Source of the DNA: an uncultured virus (IMG/VR IMGVR_UViG_3300050335_000078)
Lineage: Duplodnaviria; Heunggongvirae; Uroviricota; Caudoviricetes
IMG/VR virus record: IMGVR_UViG_3300050335_000078
Strand: one strand, 5' to 3'
Length of the DNA: 64,000 nt
The notes below the pieces were generated by a model. That model did not search any database and was not told the origin of the DNA. It was given only the letters and a program-made list of their open reading frames with translations. Both the position numbers and the translations under genes were made by a program. This document shows, piece after piece, positions 1 through 9,400 of the stretch (its first letter is position 1; every line of letters starts with the position of its first letter).

Positions 1-43
1 GCAGGACGAACCCACAAGGCTTGGAATCTATTCTATTTCGCTG

Positions 44-103
44 ATTATATAATAACATAAATGCAACTGTGGTATCTTGTTGCAAAGTGTTGCAGAATGT
101 GCA
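44..103 (-). promoter_or_regulatory. Putative late promoter: -10 TATAAT with 10-bp-phased TGCAACA repeats
   Basis: + strand ATTATA 44-49; TGTTGCA at 78-84 and 88-94, TGTGCA 98-103; directly downstream of activator gene. Confidence 0.45.
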
Positions 104-105
104 AA

Positions 106-531
106 CTATATTTTAATAGGATTTTCGGGAAGAGTCACATGATTAAGTGCTGCATTATGCCACCTGTAAACCGTTGTTCTGTCGGCATTAAGTTCATCGC
201 CGATTTGCTCCCAGGTGAAGTTATGCACATAACGATACCTTAGAACCATGCGTTCATCCGTGTCTGCAACCTCGTTTATAACACACCTTATCTGCTCTTT
301 AAGTGCCACAAGGTTATCAACCTCGGCATTTATCTTACTTTCCAAATCCATAATACGCTCTAAACACCTTACAAACTTGGCATCTGCACTTCGTGAAGTT
401 TGCACCTTCTCGTCCCAGCTTGGTGGTGATACACTTGTTGCCATTTCTCTTAGGCACTCCATCTCCTCAATGTCAGATTGTATTCTTTTATCTAGACGAT
501 ATGCTTGGTGTAAATATTCTTTTACTTTCAT
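106..531 (-). CDS. Phage late transcriptional activator (DUF1492/ArpU/RinA-like)
   Basis: KEYLHQAYRLD N-terminus, C-terminal HTH (LRYRY...WEQIGDEL); paralog of 38810-39244. Confidence 0.8.
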   Translation of the reverse strand: MKVKEYLHQAYRLDKRIQSDIEEMECLREMATSVSPPSWDEKVQTSRSADAKFVRCLERIMDLESKINAEVDNLVALKEQIRCVINEVADTDERMVLRYRYVHNFTWEQIGDELNADRTTVYRWHNAALNHVTLPENPIKI

Positions 532-731
532 CCTTTACTTACCTCCAATCTTAAATTTTTGATTAGGAAATTCCCATCAACAGAGGTAAGTTCTCTATAC
601 CAATCAGAATGGAAGAACCTCTCCACCTCGGATATCATGTCCTTCGCAGGATCATAGCGGGGACGTTTTTTCAGTTTTTTGACAGCTTGCAGAATAATGG
701 CGTTTGCAAGTTGCTCATAAGGGTCGGTCAT
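528..731 (-). CDS. Conserved phage hypothetical protein
   Basis: 67-aa ORF overlapping both neighbours by 4 nt; DPYEQLANAIILQAVK start. Confidence 0.65.
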   Translation of the reverse strand: MTDPYEQLANAIILQAVKKLKKRPRYDPAKDMISEVERFFHSDWYRELTSVDGNFLIKNLRLEVSKG

Positions 732-2085
732 CGCACCACCTCCAATTTTGCTTTTACTGCATCAATTAAAGAGGTTTGTGTTTTTTCTTTTCTTGTAAGT
801 GCAACCATAACGTCTTCATCTATGGTGTTTTTGGCAACAATGTGGTGAATCACAACCGTTTCATTTTGACCTTGCCTATAAAGGCGGGCATTGGTTTGCT
901 GATACAACTCCAAAGACCAGGTAAGTCCAAACCATATAAGGGTAGAACCACCGCTTTGAAGATTAAGACCGTGTCCTGCACTTGCTGGATGAATAGCGGC
1001 GATTGGAATACTGCCGTCATTCCAATCTTCAATATCTTTAGGTGTGATAATCTGCCTAACGGGAAACCTCTTCTGGATACGCTCCAGGTCATGCTTATAC
1101 CAGTAGGCAACAAGCACCGGTTTTCCGTTTGCTCCTTCGATTAGGTCCTCCAAGGCATCAAGCTTTCTGTCATGAATCAAATGTGCCTTGTTTTTATCAT
1201 CATAGACAGCACCGTTAGCCATTTGTAAGAGTTTACCGGAAAGTACTGCCGCATTTACCGCATCAATTTCCTCATCACCTAAATTTGCCACCATCTCGTC
1301 TTGGAATTCAGAATAAATGCTCCATTCCTTATCACTCAGATATACAGGCACTTCATTTATGACGCATTCAGGCATTTTGAGATAATCTGCAGACTTCATA
1401 GAAATCGTAATATCAGATATTTGGTTGTATATCCTTTCTTCAGCACCTGGCAACGGCTTATATGAAAAGATAATCTCAGCATTTCGCTTATCTGGTACAA
1501 AGTAGGCACTACGGTAGTGGGTTATGTACCTTCCAAGCCTCTGACCTAAATCAAGGACACGAAACTCTGCCCATAAATCCATAAGTCCGTTACTTGAAGG
1601 TGTTCCCGTCAAACCTACAATTCTTCTTACAGATGGTCTTACTTTCAGAAGGCTTTTAAACCGCTTTGCACCATAGGACTTAAAAGAAGATAACTCATCG
1701 ATGACAACCATATCGAAGTCAAAGGGAATACCGCTTTTGTTGACAAGCCAGTCTACATTTTCACGATTAATGATATAAATGGTGGCTCTTTTCATAAGGG
1801 CATTGATTCTATCTTTTTCCGTTCCTACAGCAACAGAGTAAGATAAGCCTTTGAGGTGATTCCACTTTTTTATTTCCGCAGGCCATGTTTGAGATGCAAC
1901 TCTTAATGGCGCAATCACAAGAACCTTTCTTATTTCAAATTTATCAAGACATAGGTCAAACAATGCAGTAAGAGTGATTGCCGTTTTTCCTAACCCAAGC
2001 CCATATCAAGGAATATTGCAGATATTGGCTTGCTCTCGATAAAATCAATTGCATACTGCTGATAATCATGTGGTATGAACTTCAT
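728..2085 (-). pseudogene. SNF2-family helicase with 5 extra nt and in-frame TAG inside Walker A (pseudogene or recoded)
   Basis: ATG 2085 gives MKFIPHDYQ...LDMGLG then TAG (1992-1990); GKTAIT... continues in the 728-1963 frame; intact paralog at 37385. Confidence 0.8.
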
Positions 2086-2369
2086 TCGGCATCACCTCCC
2101 AACGTTCGTAACACTTCATCAATCTGCTCTACGCTATCAATGCAGTAAACTGAAAAACCTAACGCTTCCAGTTGTCTTTTTCGCCTTACTTGCAGGGGGC
2201 GCATCGTTTTGCCCGGTGCTTTTAATTCAATAAATGCGATTCTGCCCCTATGAAGTAGCACAAGGCGGTCAGGCATACCATTAAATCCTGGACTTACAAA
2301 CTTCGGGGCAATGCCTCCCATGTTTTTAACTGCTGCTACCAGTTTTTGCTCTATATATTTTTCACTCAT
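2082..2369 (-). CDS. VRR-NUC domain nuclease
   Basis: GMPDRLV...FIELKAPG; GGAGG SD before ATG 2369. Confidence 0.85.
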   Translation of the reverse strand: MSEKYIEQKLVAAVKNMGGIAPKFVSPGFNGMPDRLVLLHRGRIAFIELKAPGKTMRPLQVRRKRQLEALGFSVYCIDSVEQIDEVLRTLGGDAE

Positions 2370-2384
2370 TTTTACCTCCCATCT

Positions 2385-2515
2385 GACACAAGGACACAAT
2401 TATCACAACCTTTCCCTATATATACTTACGCGGGTGTGCGCTCACAGGATTTAACTCCCTTATTTATAAAAAACCATTTTGAATATAAGGGAAAAAGTTG
2501 TGTTGTGTGTGTCAC
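2385..2515. other. Putative replication origin of left element (converging CACAA/TTGTG iterons around AT-rich core)
   Basis: CACAA at 2387, 2395, 2404; TTGTG at 2498, 2503; immediately downstream of VapE. Confidence 0.5.
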
Positions 2516-2517
2516 GC

Positions 2518-4866
2518 TTAAGTAGTTTTCTGGTACAAACGCTGCCTGCCGTAAATCGGCAAACGCTTGATATTAGTGGTTCGCTCCCATCCATTAATCT
2601 GAGCCATGAGTGCTGCAATCTGATAGCTATCCGTAGTTTTTAAGTCAGGGAGACTATGATTTAGGCATTCACACCATATCTCTGCATTACTTACTGACGT
2701 ACGTGCAATAGTTCCTATATGCTGGGTACCTCCAAACTCACTGCCGTTCAAGTAGTTACGGCGGGCAAACAAATCCATATCATCCCAGTCCGCAGGTAAA
2801 GGCGTATTAAGATACTCTTCCACCATGCCGACACGCTCGTCAGTTTCCATCGCACCCTTTTGCGCCTTTTCAGCTTCTTCTAAAATGTCACCTTCGAGAT
2901 ACAACTTTTCCCCGGACCTCCATATTTCTTTTGCTTCTGCCCAAAACTGCTGTCTATATTCCTCTGTAAAATTCCAAGTCTTTTTCTGTTTTTTCTGATG
3001 CACCTTAATAATCCAAAAGCGGCGGTTACCTGTGATGTCACGCAGATATCCACGCTCACCGTTAACCGTTGCAATGACGATGCACTGTCTTGGATGGCTT
3101 TCAACTACTTTGCCATAGGATGGTCGATATTTATCGTCTGAGGTTGAGAGGAATGCTTTAACCTTTTCAATATCAGCTTTTCTCATTCCGGCAAGTTCTC
3201 CGATTTCAACCACCCAGAACCCCTGTAATTTTTCAGCACCCGATTTGTCATCCATATCTGTAAGAGATAGAGTTTCAGAATAATAATCTGCGGTTACAAG
3301 GTCTTTAACTATAGTACTTTTTCCTATACCTTGATCACCATCAAGTACAGGAACACAGTCAAACTTAATACCGGGAACATAGATGCGTGCAACAGCCGCT
3401 GCAAAGGTCTTTCTGGTGACTGTGCGTATATACTCGGTATCATCAGCCTTTAGATATTTGATAAAAACATCCTCTACACGTTTTGTTCCATCCCATACAG
3501 GAAGGGAATCAAGGTAATCCCGTATAGGATGGAAACGCCTATCATCAGCAATCTTGGTAAATGCCACATCATGGTTACGGCTTGAAAAAGGAAGGTAGCG
3601 TATATCAATAATGGACTTAAGCTGTGCTGTGTCAGCATCTCGCCAGAACTTGTTACCTTCCGGTCTTTCCCAGGGAAGTGAGCCTGTAACCTGGATACGG
3701 TTTGCCAGTTCGTTATATGCAAAATTTCTAAAATCGGGGTCATTATTTAGGATAAGGTTTAAGTTATACACACTGTTTTCAAGTAAGCTTGTCTTGGGTT
3801 GATACTTAAGCCTCGTCTTCCAGTCATCACTGTCTGCGGAAAAATCTTCTTCAGCTAACGCAAGTCGCTCGTTTGCAGCAAGAACTTTTACTTCATCAAC
3901 CTGCATGGCAAACTCACACATATCCCTAAAGGACTTCTTATCATCATCGTCACCGAACTTATGGATACGCACGATGTCAAACGCATTGCAGAGTTTAAGG
4001 TATGCCGGGTCCTTGGCATGATGGCTGTATACAAACTTGCCATCTTCTTTAATTTCGACACCTGCAATACTGCTTGATTTGATAAGGTGATACCTATTCT
4101 CGTTTTCTGTCGGCTCATATACCTCAGACAGAAAGGCTTCGATTGCTTTTGATATAGGGAAATAAACCCTGTTAAAAAGTCCGACAATGCCGTCCTTCTC
4201 AAGAGGGTCTTGCACCTTCTGATTTGCTACTGTATTTGCCTTGCTCTCCCTGGATGAAGTCGGCAGCCTCGTAGGATCTGTCCATTCAGGGTGAGCATTT
4301 AATATTTCATCCGGGTTGAGCCAATTCTTATCTACTTCCTTATATACAAAACTCCCGTTTGACGGAGTGGATGGCCAGTACATCAGCTGATTCGGCTGAT
4401 AGGAACATTCATCGAAATAATCAATGCCGAGCATCTGTGCCAAGTATCTTGAAACCGCTACAAACTCTTCCGGAGTCACATCCCTTGTAAGAGGAAAGAT
4501 AAGACGGACTCTTGGGTTTTCATCAGTACTGCTATGTGTTGTATAAAGAACAGAGGTATAAGGTGTGCTGGTTTCATAGTTTTCAAGAAAAGTTTTATCT
4601 ATCCTATCTCCATCCAGGGCAACCATAGAACGTAGCTCCACAGTGTCAATTTTTCTACGACCGCCTTTTAACGCACCTGCAACGAAACCTCCATGGTCTT
4701 TCGCATTATCCTTTTGTGCCTTGCTGAACTTGGCATATTCTTCGGCAGATTCCGTTGTTCGGATAGTAACTTTCAACCTTTCTTTCAACTCATCAAAAGA
4801 GGTGGTCTTATTGACCCATTTCTTTGCCTGCCGATTGTTCCCATAGGCAATCGCTAAATCTCGCAT
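2518..4866 (-). CDS. Virulence-associated E (VapE) primase/helicase
   Basis: Walker A GDQGIGKS, YLRDITGNRRFW; paralog of 34035-36344. Confidence 0.9.
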   Translation of the reverse strand: MRDLAIAYGNNRQAKKWVNKTTSFDELKERLKVTIRTTESAEEYAKFSKAQKDNAKDHGGFVAGALKGGRRKIDTVELRSMVALDGDRIDKTFLENYETSTPYTSVLYTTHSSTDENPRVRLIFPLTRDVTPEEFVAVSRYLAQMLGIDYFDECSYQPNQLMYWPSTPSNGSFVYKEVDKNWLNPDEILNAHPEWTDPTRLPTSSRESKANTVANQKVQDPLEKDGIVGLFNRVYFPISKAIEAFLSEVYEPTENENRYHLIKSSSIAGVEIKEDGKFVYSHHAKDPAYLKLCNAFDIVRIHKFGDDDDKKSFRDMCEFAMQVDEVKVLAANERLALAEEDFSADSDDWKTRLKYQPKTSLLENSVYNLNLILNNDPDFRNFAYNELANRIQVTGSLPWERPEGNKFWRDADTAQLKSIIDIRYLPFSSRNHDVAFTKIADDRRFHPIRDYLDSLPVWDGTKRVEDVFIKYLKADDTEYIRTVTRKTFAAAVARIYVPGIKFDCVPVLDGDQGIGKSTIVKDLVTADYYSETLSLTDMDDKSGAEKLQGFWVVEIGELAGMRKADIEKVKAFLSTSDDKYRPSYGKVVESHPRQCIVIATVNGERGYLRDITGNRRFWIIKVHQKKQKKTWNFTEEYRQQFWAEAKEIWRSGEKLYLEGDILEEAEKAQKGAMETDERVGMVEEYLNTPLPADWDDMDLFARRNYLNGSEFGGTQHIGTIARTSVSNAEIWCECLNHSLPDLKTTDSYQIAALMAQINGWERTTNIKRLPIYGRQRLYQKTT

Positions 4867-5475
4867 TTAGAACCCTCCTTTCAAACGAGGTCTTTCCCCA
4901 TGCTCAAACCTTGCCTGCCTGGCAATACGGTAAGCTTTCTCTGTTGCCTTGCGATCCATATCGCAGAGGTAGTTAGAATCATCACCAAAGAGTTCGAACT
5001 TACCGTTCTTGTTGATTCCCGGATATGCAGCAAAGTGGTCACCGTCAATGGTCTCAAAATTGTAGCTATTAGGCCAATCTCCGTTGTTTGCATAAGCTTC
5101 ACCTTCAATGCACCAAAGGATATCGTCAATATCTCCACCACTTGGAATATTGCCAACCACAAGGATTGCGGTCTTGGACTTTCCGTAAACATCAGGGTCA
5201 TCTTTTCCTATCTCGTAGAAACGGTTAATCTTCTTCGCATCGTCCTCGGCCATCTGACCCTTAACCTCAACATAAAGGTCACCGCCATCTCTACCATCTA
5301 CACCATGAAGAAGAAAATCCGGAAGATACATCAAACCGTTTCCTAGGTCATAGCCTTCGGGTTCATACTCATATTCAACACCACAGCAATCGAAGAATAC
5401 CGCCCAGCGAGCCTCAAGTCTTGAACGGAAGAGGTAACCTTTATATTTGGTCTGTATTGCTTTTATTTCACTCAT
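4867..5475 (-). CDS. Putative PD-(D/E)XK nuclease-like phage protein
   Basis: FRSRLEARWAVFFD...YEPEG...YLPDF...VEVKG. Confidence 0.65.
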   Translation of the reverse strand: MSEIKAIQTKYKGYLFRSRLEARWAVFFDCCGVEYEYEPEGYDLGNGLMYLPDFLLHGVDGRDGGDLYVEVKGQMAEDDAKKINRFYEIGKDDPDVYGKSKTAILVVGNIPSGGDIDDILWCIEGEAYANNGDWPNSYNFETIDGDHFAAYPGINKNGKFELFGDDSNYLCDMDRKATEKAYRIARQARFEHGERPRLKGGF

Positions 5476-5906
5476 AGAGCATCTACCTCCTCAAAATCTT
5501 TATTGAAATACCTAACCGGCTGTCTGCGTTTCTTTGCTTTTTCAATTTCAATACTCATACCCCTTGAAATAACATCACCTAAAACCCAGACCTCTTGGCA
5601 TTTTCCCATTAAGATAATGTCCATGAAAATAGCGAGATCGCGCTCTTTCTCATTGCTGTCATCCATGAACTGAGGAAACATAAGGTGGGGGGCGAGAGGG
5701 ATATTTCCTTTTTCTAATGCGAAACGGCAGAACTCCCGTGTCCGCTTATTATTGTTTTCAATATCGCCACTAAAGGGAGAGCAGATATAGACAAGAGGTT
5801 TGAAGGCAGCTTTTGCTGCTGCCTTTTCCTCACGAGTTACATTAATAAGTGCTTCATGGGGAGTCGGATCATGATATCCTTCTGAATTGAATTTATTTAT
5901 GCTCAT
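5472..5906 (-). CDS. DUF4406-like (nucleoside deoxyribosyltransferase-like fold) protein
   Basis: MSINKFNSEGY start, VYICSPF, PLAPHL; paralog of 33613. Confidence 0.75.
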   Translation of the reverse strand: MSINKFNSEGYHDPTPHEALINVTREEKAAAKAAFKPLVYICSPFSGDIENNNKRTREFCRFALEKGNIPLAPHLMFPQFMDDSNEKERDLAIFMDIILMGKCQEVWVLGDVISRGMSIEIEKAKKRRQPVRYFNKDFEEVDAL

Positions 5907-6114
5907 AATATCTGCCTCCAGCTCTAACCTTCTTGCCACATTCATCACAAAATACTGAAGTGCCAAATAGATCGCTCTCTCCATCACTTAAAATTTCTGC
6001 AATGTCTACCGACACCTCAGTACCGCACATAGGGCAATGACAAAATACATTCTCATCTGTTATTTCAATGGATACCTCCATGGTATCGTTCAATCTCTCT
6101 TTCACATAAAACAT
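5893..6114 (-). CDS. Small Zn-finger phage protein
   Basis: CPMC...CDEC; SD before ATG 6114. Confidence 0.7.
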   Translation of the reverse strand: MFYVKERLNDTMEVSIEITDENVFCHCPMCGTEVSVDIAEILSDGESDLFGTSVFCDECGKKVRAGGRYYEHK

Positions 6115-6128
6115 AATGATTATCCTCC

Positions 6129-6797
6129 TTAATTTTTGTTCTCTTCCATCTTCAGCTTGTACCATTCCAGATGACGCTTACGCTGCTGATAGTCCGGAAC
6201 AGCTACTAGCAAACCCACATCTACTTTCTGCAAGGTTTCAAGCATCGTAATCTGCTCATCGGATAGGTAGGGACGGATGCTTTTACCTTTTTCGATACCG
6301 TTGGCTATTCTAAATTGCTTTGCTGACATCCCGGTAACAATGCGGTTAATCATGTCGCATTCATTACTGAAGTGATATGGCTTGGGATTTTCGTGAAGTA
6401 GCTTAATGTTGTCTGTCAGCAAAGGGAACTCTTTACGGGCTGAAACAAGCGTCTTAATAAACTGCTCCATTTCATTAAAGCGTTTAATGTATAACTCTTT
6501 GAACTTCATTGCTTTTTGTCCCGTATATCCCATTACTAACATAGTAAAACCGTCACGAGTCATGGCATAAGCCTTTTGCTTTCTGTTCCAACCATCCGTG
6601 TATGAGGTCGGCTCAAAATTGAGCTGAGCAAATTCTTCGCTTAACCCAGAATTGGGGTCAGTGATTTTTGCAATGTCCCGCAGCACATTCTTATGCTCCT
6701 TCTCAAAGAACTCAGCAACAAACAAGCTATCTACTCTTGCCGTATCCTTGGTGTCGGCAAATACACCATATTTGTCTTTAGGTATTAATTCTCTCAT
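6129..6797 (-). CDS. Rha family phage regulatory protein
   Basis: SLFVAEFFEKEHKNVLRDI, MTRDGFTMLVMGYTG, YIKRFNEME. Confidence 0.9.
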   Translation of the reverse strand: MRELIPKDKYGVFADTKDTARVDSLFVAEFFEKEHKNVLRDIAKITDPNSGLSEEFAQLNFEPTSYTDGWNRKQKAYAMTRDGFTMLVMGYTGQKAMKFKELYIKRFNEMEQFIKTLVSARKEFPLLTDNIKLLHENPKPYHFSNECDMINRIVTGMSAKQFRIANGIEKGKSIRPYLSDEQITMLETLQKVDVGLLVAVPDYQQRKRHLEWYKLKMEENKN

Positions 6798-6861
6798 CAG
6801 AATTACCTCCTCATAATTTTTTGGAGGTCTTGACCTCCTAACTGGTAGCCTTGAGAGAAGG

Positions 6862-7398
6862 TCAAATCTGATGGTTTTCTAAAAATTCTTTAAGTTTTTT
6901 CTCTGCACGTCTTAGCTTTTGGCTGATATTATTTTCATCAGCACCGATAGAGCGGGCATAATCACGGATTGGCATGCCATCGATGCGTACTGCAATAAAC
7001 ATCTCTGCCCAATCTTGCTTTTTACCGAGAGCCTTATGTACCAGTTGGCAAACATCCTCATACTCGTAACGAAGATTACGCTCGGTTTTATCACGGTCAT
7101 CAATAAACAAGCTATCTTCTGCATTCATTGACTGACCGTTTTCATCTTCAAGTGAAAGGTGTCCTCTCTTACCATCCAGTCTCCTCGGTCTTGGATTAGG
7201 GTCAATATGACGATTGAACTTATGCCAGCAGTTATACTCCGGTCTGTTAAATTGCTTGTCAAATGCATCTTGAATAAGTTTTTCTTTTTCTTTTTCGCTT
7301 GAATATTCGCTCCCTTCAAGCGAAAGGCTAACCCACATTTCATCTGTTCCAACATCAAGTGTCTGGTATTTGTTCTCAAAACGAATCTTTAGTTTCAT
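6862..7398 (-). CDS. Sigma-70 region-4-like transcriptional regulator
   Basis: C-terminal HTH (IRDYARSIG...ISQKLRRAEKKL); positional equivalent of 28849. Confidence 0.7.
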   Translation of the reverse strand: MKLKIRFENKYQTLDVGTDEMWVSLSLEGSEYSSEKEKEKLIQDAFDKQFNRPEYNCWHKFNRHIDPNPRPRRLDGKRGHLSLEDENGQSMNAEDSLFIDDRDKTERNLRYEYEDVCQLVHKALGKKQDWAEMFIAVRIDGMPIRDYARSIGADENNISQKLRRAEKKLKEFLENHQI

Positions 7399-7404
7399 TT
7401 GCAT

Positions 7405-7592
7405 TCCTTTCCGTCCCTGCATTGGGCGGCGGAATACAAAAAGAGCCTGTGTTGAAGATGGCCACAGACTCCGCTTGTCCTAAAAATGGGCGCACGAAAT
7501 TACGGTGGGTGCATCTTCATTCCAAACACAGTCTTTATCACTGTGTTCTGAACTCTTTATGCATCCCGCCGTCCTAATGCGCATCTCGGACA
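7405..7592 (-). ncRNA. Structured cis-regulatory leader RNA (candidate attenuator)
   Basis: Long stem 7419-7445/7553-7580 with G-U pairs only on the minus strand; internal hairpins; alternative terminator hairpin 7443-7471 followed by U-tract. Confidence 0.55.
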
Positions 7593-7846
7593 TTGAGATT
7601 TATTGATTTTCAGAGAGAAAGTCGATTTATGCGAGAAAAAATTCGCAATCGCATTTATAAAATTCAGTAAAGGTATAGAAATTTACAGAATTTTCTGCTA
7701 TACTGGATATGCTATAGATTTCCAGTGTATTTTCTCGAAATCTTTTACTCTCTACTATTAAACCTATAGTAGATACAGTTACCTGCAAGAGCCTTCAACG
7801 GTTACTTTAGTTGATATAGTTACTATTTAGAAAAGGGGGGCTATGG

Positions 7847-8722
7847 ATGACTAATAAGAATACTCCATATCTTTGCGGCGGCATCTTTTTTGTTCTTTTA
7901 TTACAAGCAAAAAGGTTAAGACGCAAGGCACGAGACAAATTTCAAGGCGGCACAGATGGCCTTAATGATACAGATGTCATGAAAGGCCTTATTTATGTAG
8001 TTACAGGACAAGCTGTAGATCCATATAACGATTCGTTTAAGAAGAACACATCAGAATATAAGTCCTGCAAATACAATGGCGGTACATACATTCCTTTTAA
8101 TGAAGTTCCTACAGCCAGCAGTTTTGATAATGCCGTAAAAAACAAATACTCCGACACCCTGGATAGAATGTCGGAGTTCACAAACGAGTATTTACTTGTT
8201 GAAAATTCAGAAAAAAGAGAATGGCTTATAAAGGCTTTGCTCGATGTCGTTGAGCAAGATGTGGAAATCAAAGATGGCGATTTATTTTATATTTCCAGCA
8301 ATGGTGATGCCGTTTCAAAGTCTGCACTATCCGAGATTTCAAACATTGAATTTGAACCGTTCCTTGTGGGAGTACTACACTATATCTTATTGAACCGTAA
8401 AAACAATGCACTTGGTCGCAGCACATTCGAGTCCTGGCACACCAGGCAATCACCTCATTCAGAATGGGGTTTTGTCAGTGATATTGGTTGCGGGATTACA
8501 CGCCCGATAACAGTATTCCTAATGGCTGTTAAAAAAGAGGATTATGCTGATTTTGAAGAAACAAATGCAGAAGAAGCACCAGAACCGGAAGTAATAATAG
8601 AAGATGCTTCGGCTGGATCATCAACACAGAACGTAACGCAGATATTGAATAACCCCACAATTGTAAATCAGTACGGAGAAAAGAATATTCACATAGATCG
8701 GGTAGACACTTTAAATCTTTAA
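7847..8722 (+). CDS. Hypothetical protein with acidic linker and C-terminal Q/N-rich motif
   Basis: 291-aa ORF, first gene of 3-gene operon; ends NPTIVNQYGEKNIHIDRVDTLNL. Confidence 0.85.
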   Translation: MTNKNTPYLCGGIFFVLLLQAKRLRRKARDKFQGGTDGLNDTDVMKGLIYVVTGQAVDPYNDSFKKNTSEYKSCKYNGGTYIPFNEVPTASSFDNAVKNKYSDTLDRMSEFTNEYLLVENSEKREWLIKALLDVVEQDVEIKDGDLFYISSNGDAVSKSALSEISNIEFEPFLVGVLHYILLNRKNNALGRSTFESWHTRQSPHSEWGFVSDIGCGITRPITVFLMAVKKEDYADFEETNAEEAPEPEVIIEDASAGSSTQNVTQILNNPTIVNQYGEKNIHIDRVDTLNL

Positions 8723-8737
8723 AAGGAGGTGCAATAA

Positions 8738-9382
8738 TTGAAAAATGAACTACAACAGGCACCTTCAAGTATTGTGCCTGCTAATCCTACTACTGTTAAT
8801 CAATATGGTGAGAAGAACGTCCATGTAGGCCATGCTGAGAATATCAATAATACAGTTAATTTCAATGTCACCTATATGATTAGGCATCCTGGTCAAAGAC
8901 CTGTACAAGTTACTCAAACATTAAACAGAGATTATTATAATCTTTTCGTAATAGGCGGAGAGGAATTCTATAATGACCATTTTCTCGTACCAAAAGACAG
9001 AGCATTAATCCAAGGAACTCTCGCTGATGATTTGTTTGACAGGCTTTCTACACTTACTCCAGATGCAATTAATGAAATAAAAACTTTCCCTGCTCTATTT
9101 GCCAGTGAAAACACAGATTATTGGGGAAAGACAGATACACAGCAACAAACAATTTATGGTCTTGTTACTGATATCAAAGTTCAAGATAATGGAATAAAGA
9201 TTTATTTTCAACCGTTCACATATATAAATCAGCAGACAATAAATAACATTGCTTTTGAGCTTGGTATTGGTAACCTCACTGCGATTACTGAATTAAACAG
9301 AACGCACTGGACCATAAAAAGGATTAATCTAATTGAAGCCTTGACAGATGCAGGGATCAGCATCATGGCTCCAACCATTTAA
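8738..9382 (+). CDS. Hypothetical protein with N-terminal Q/N-rich motif and YNLFV...ELNRTHW domain
   Basis: TTG start with AGGAGG SD; begins ...NPTTVNQYGEKNVHV. Confidence 0.85.
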   Translation: MKNELQQAPSSIVPANPTTVNQYGEKNVHVGHAENINNTVNFNVTYMIRHPGQRPVQVTQTLNRDYYNLFVIGGEEFYNDHFLVPKDRALIQGTLADDLFDRLSTLTPDAINEIKTFPALFASENTDYWGKTDTQQQTIYGLVTDIKVQDNGIKIYFQPFTYINQQTINNIAFELGIGNLTAITELNRTHWTIKRINLIEALTDAGISIMAPTI

Positions 9383-9400
9383 AGAAAAGGAGGCGGTACA

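Noticed and set aside
528..731. Possible short in-frame deletion at QAVK|KLKK relative to remembered homologs
   Set aside because: Rests only on recollection; cannot be verified from this window
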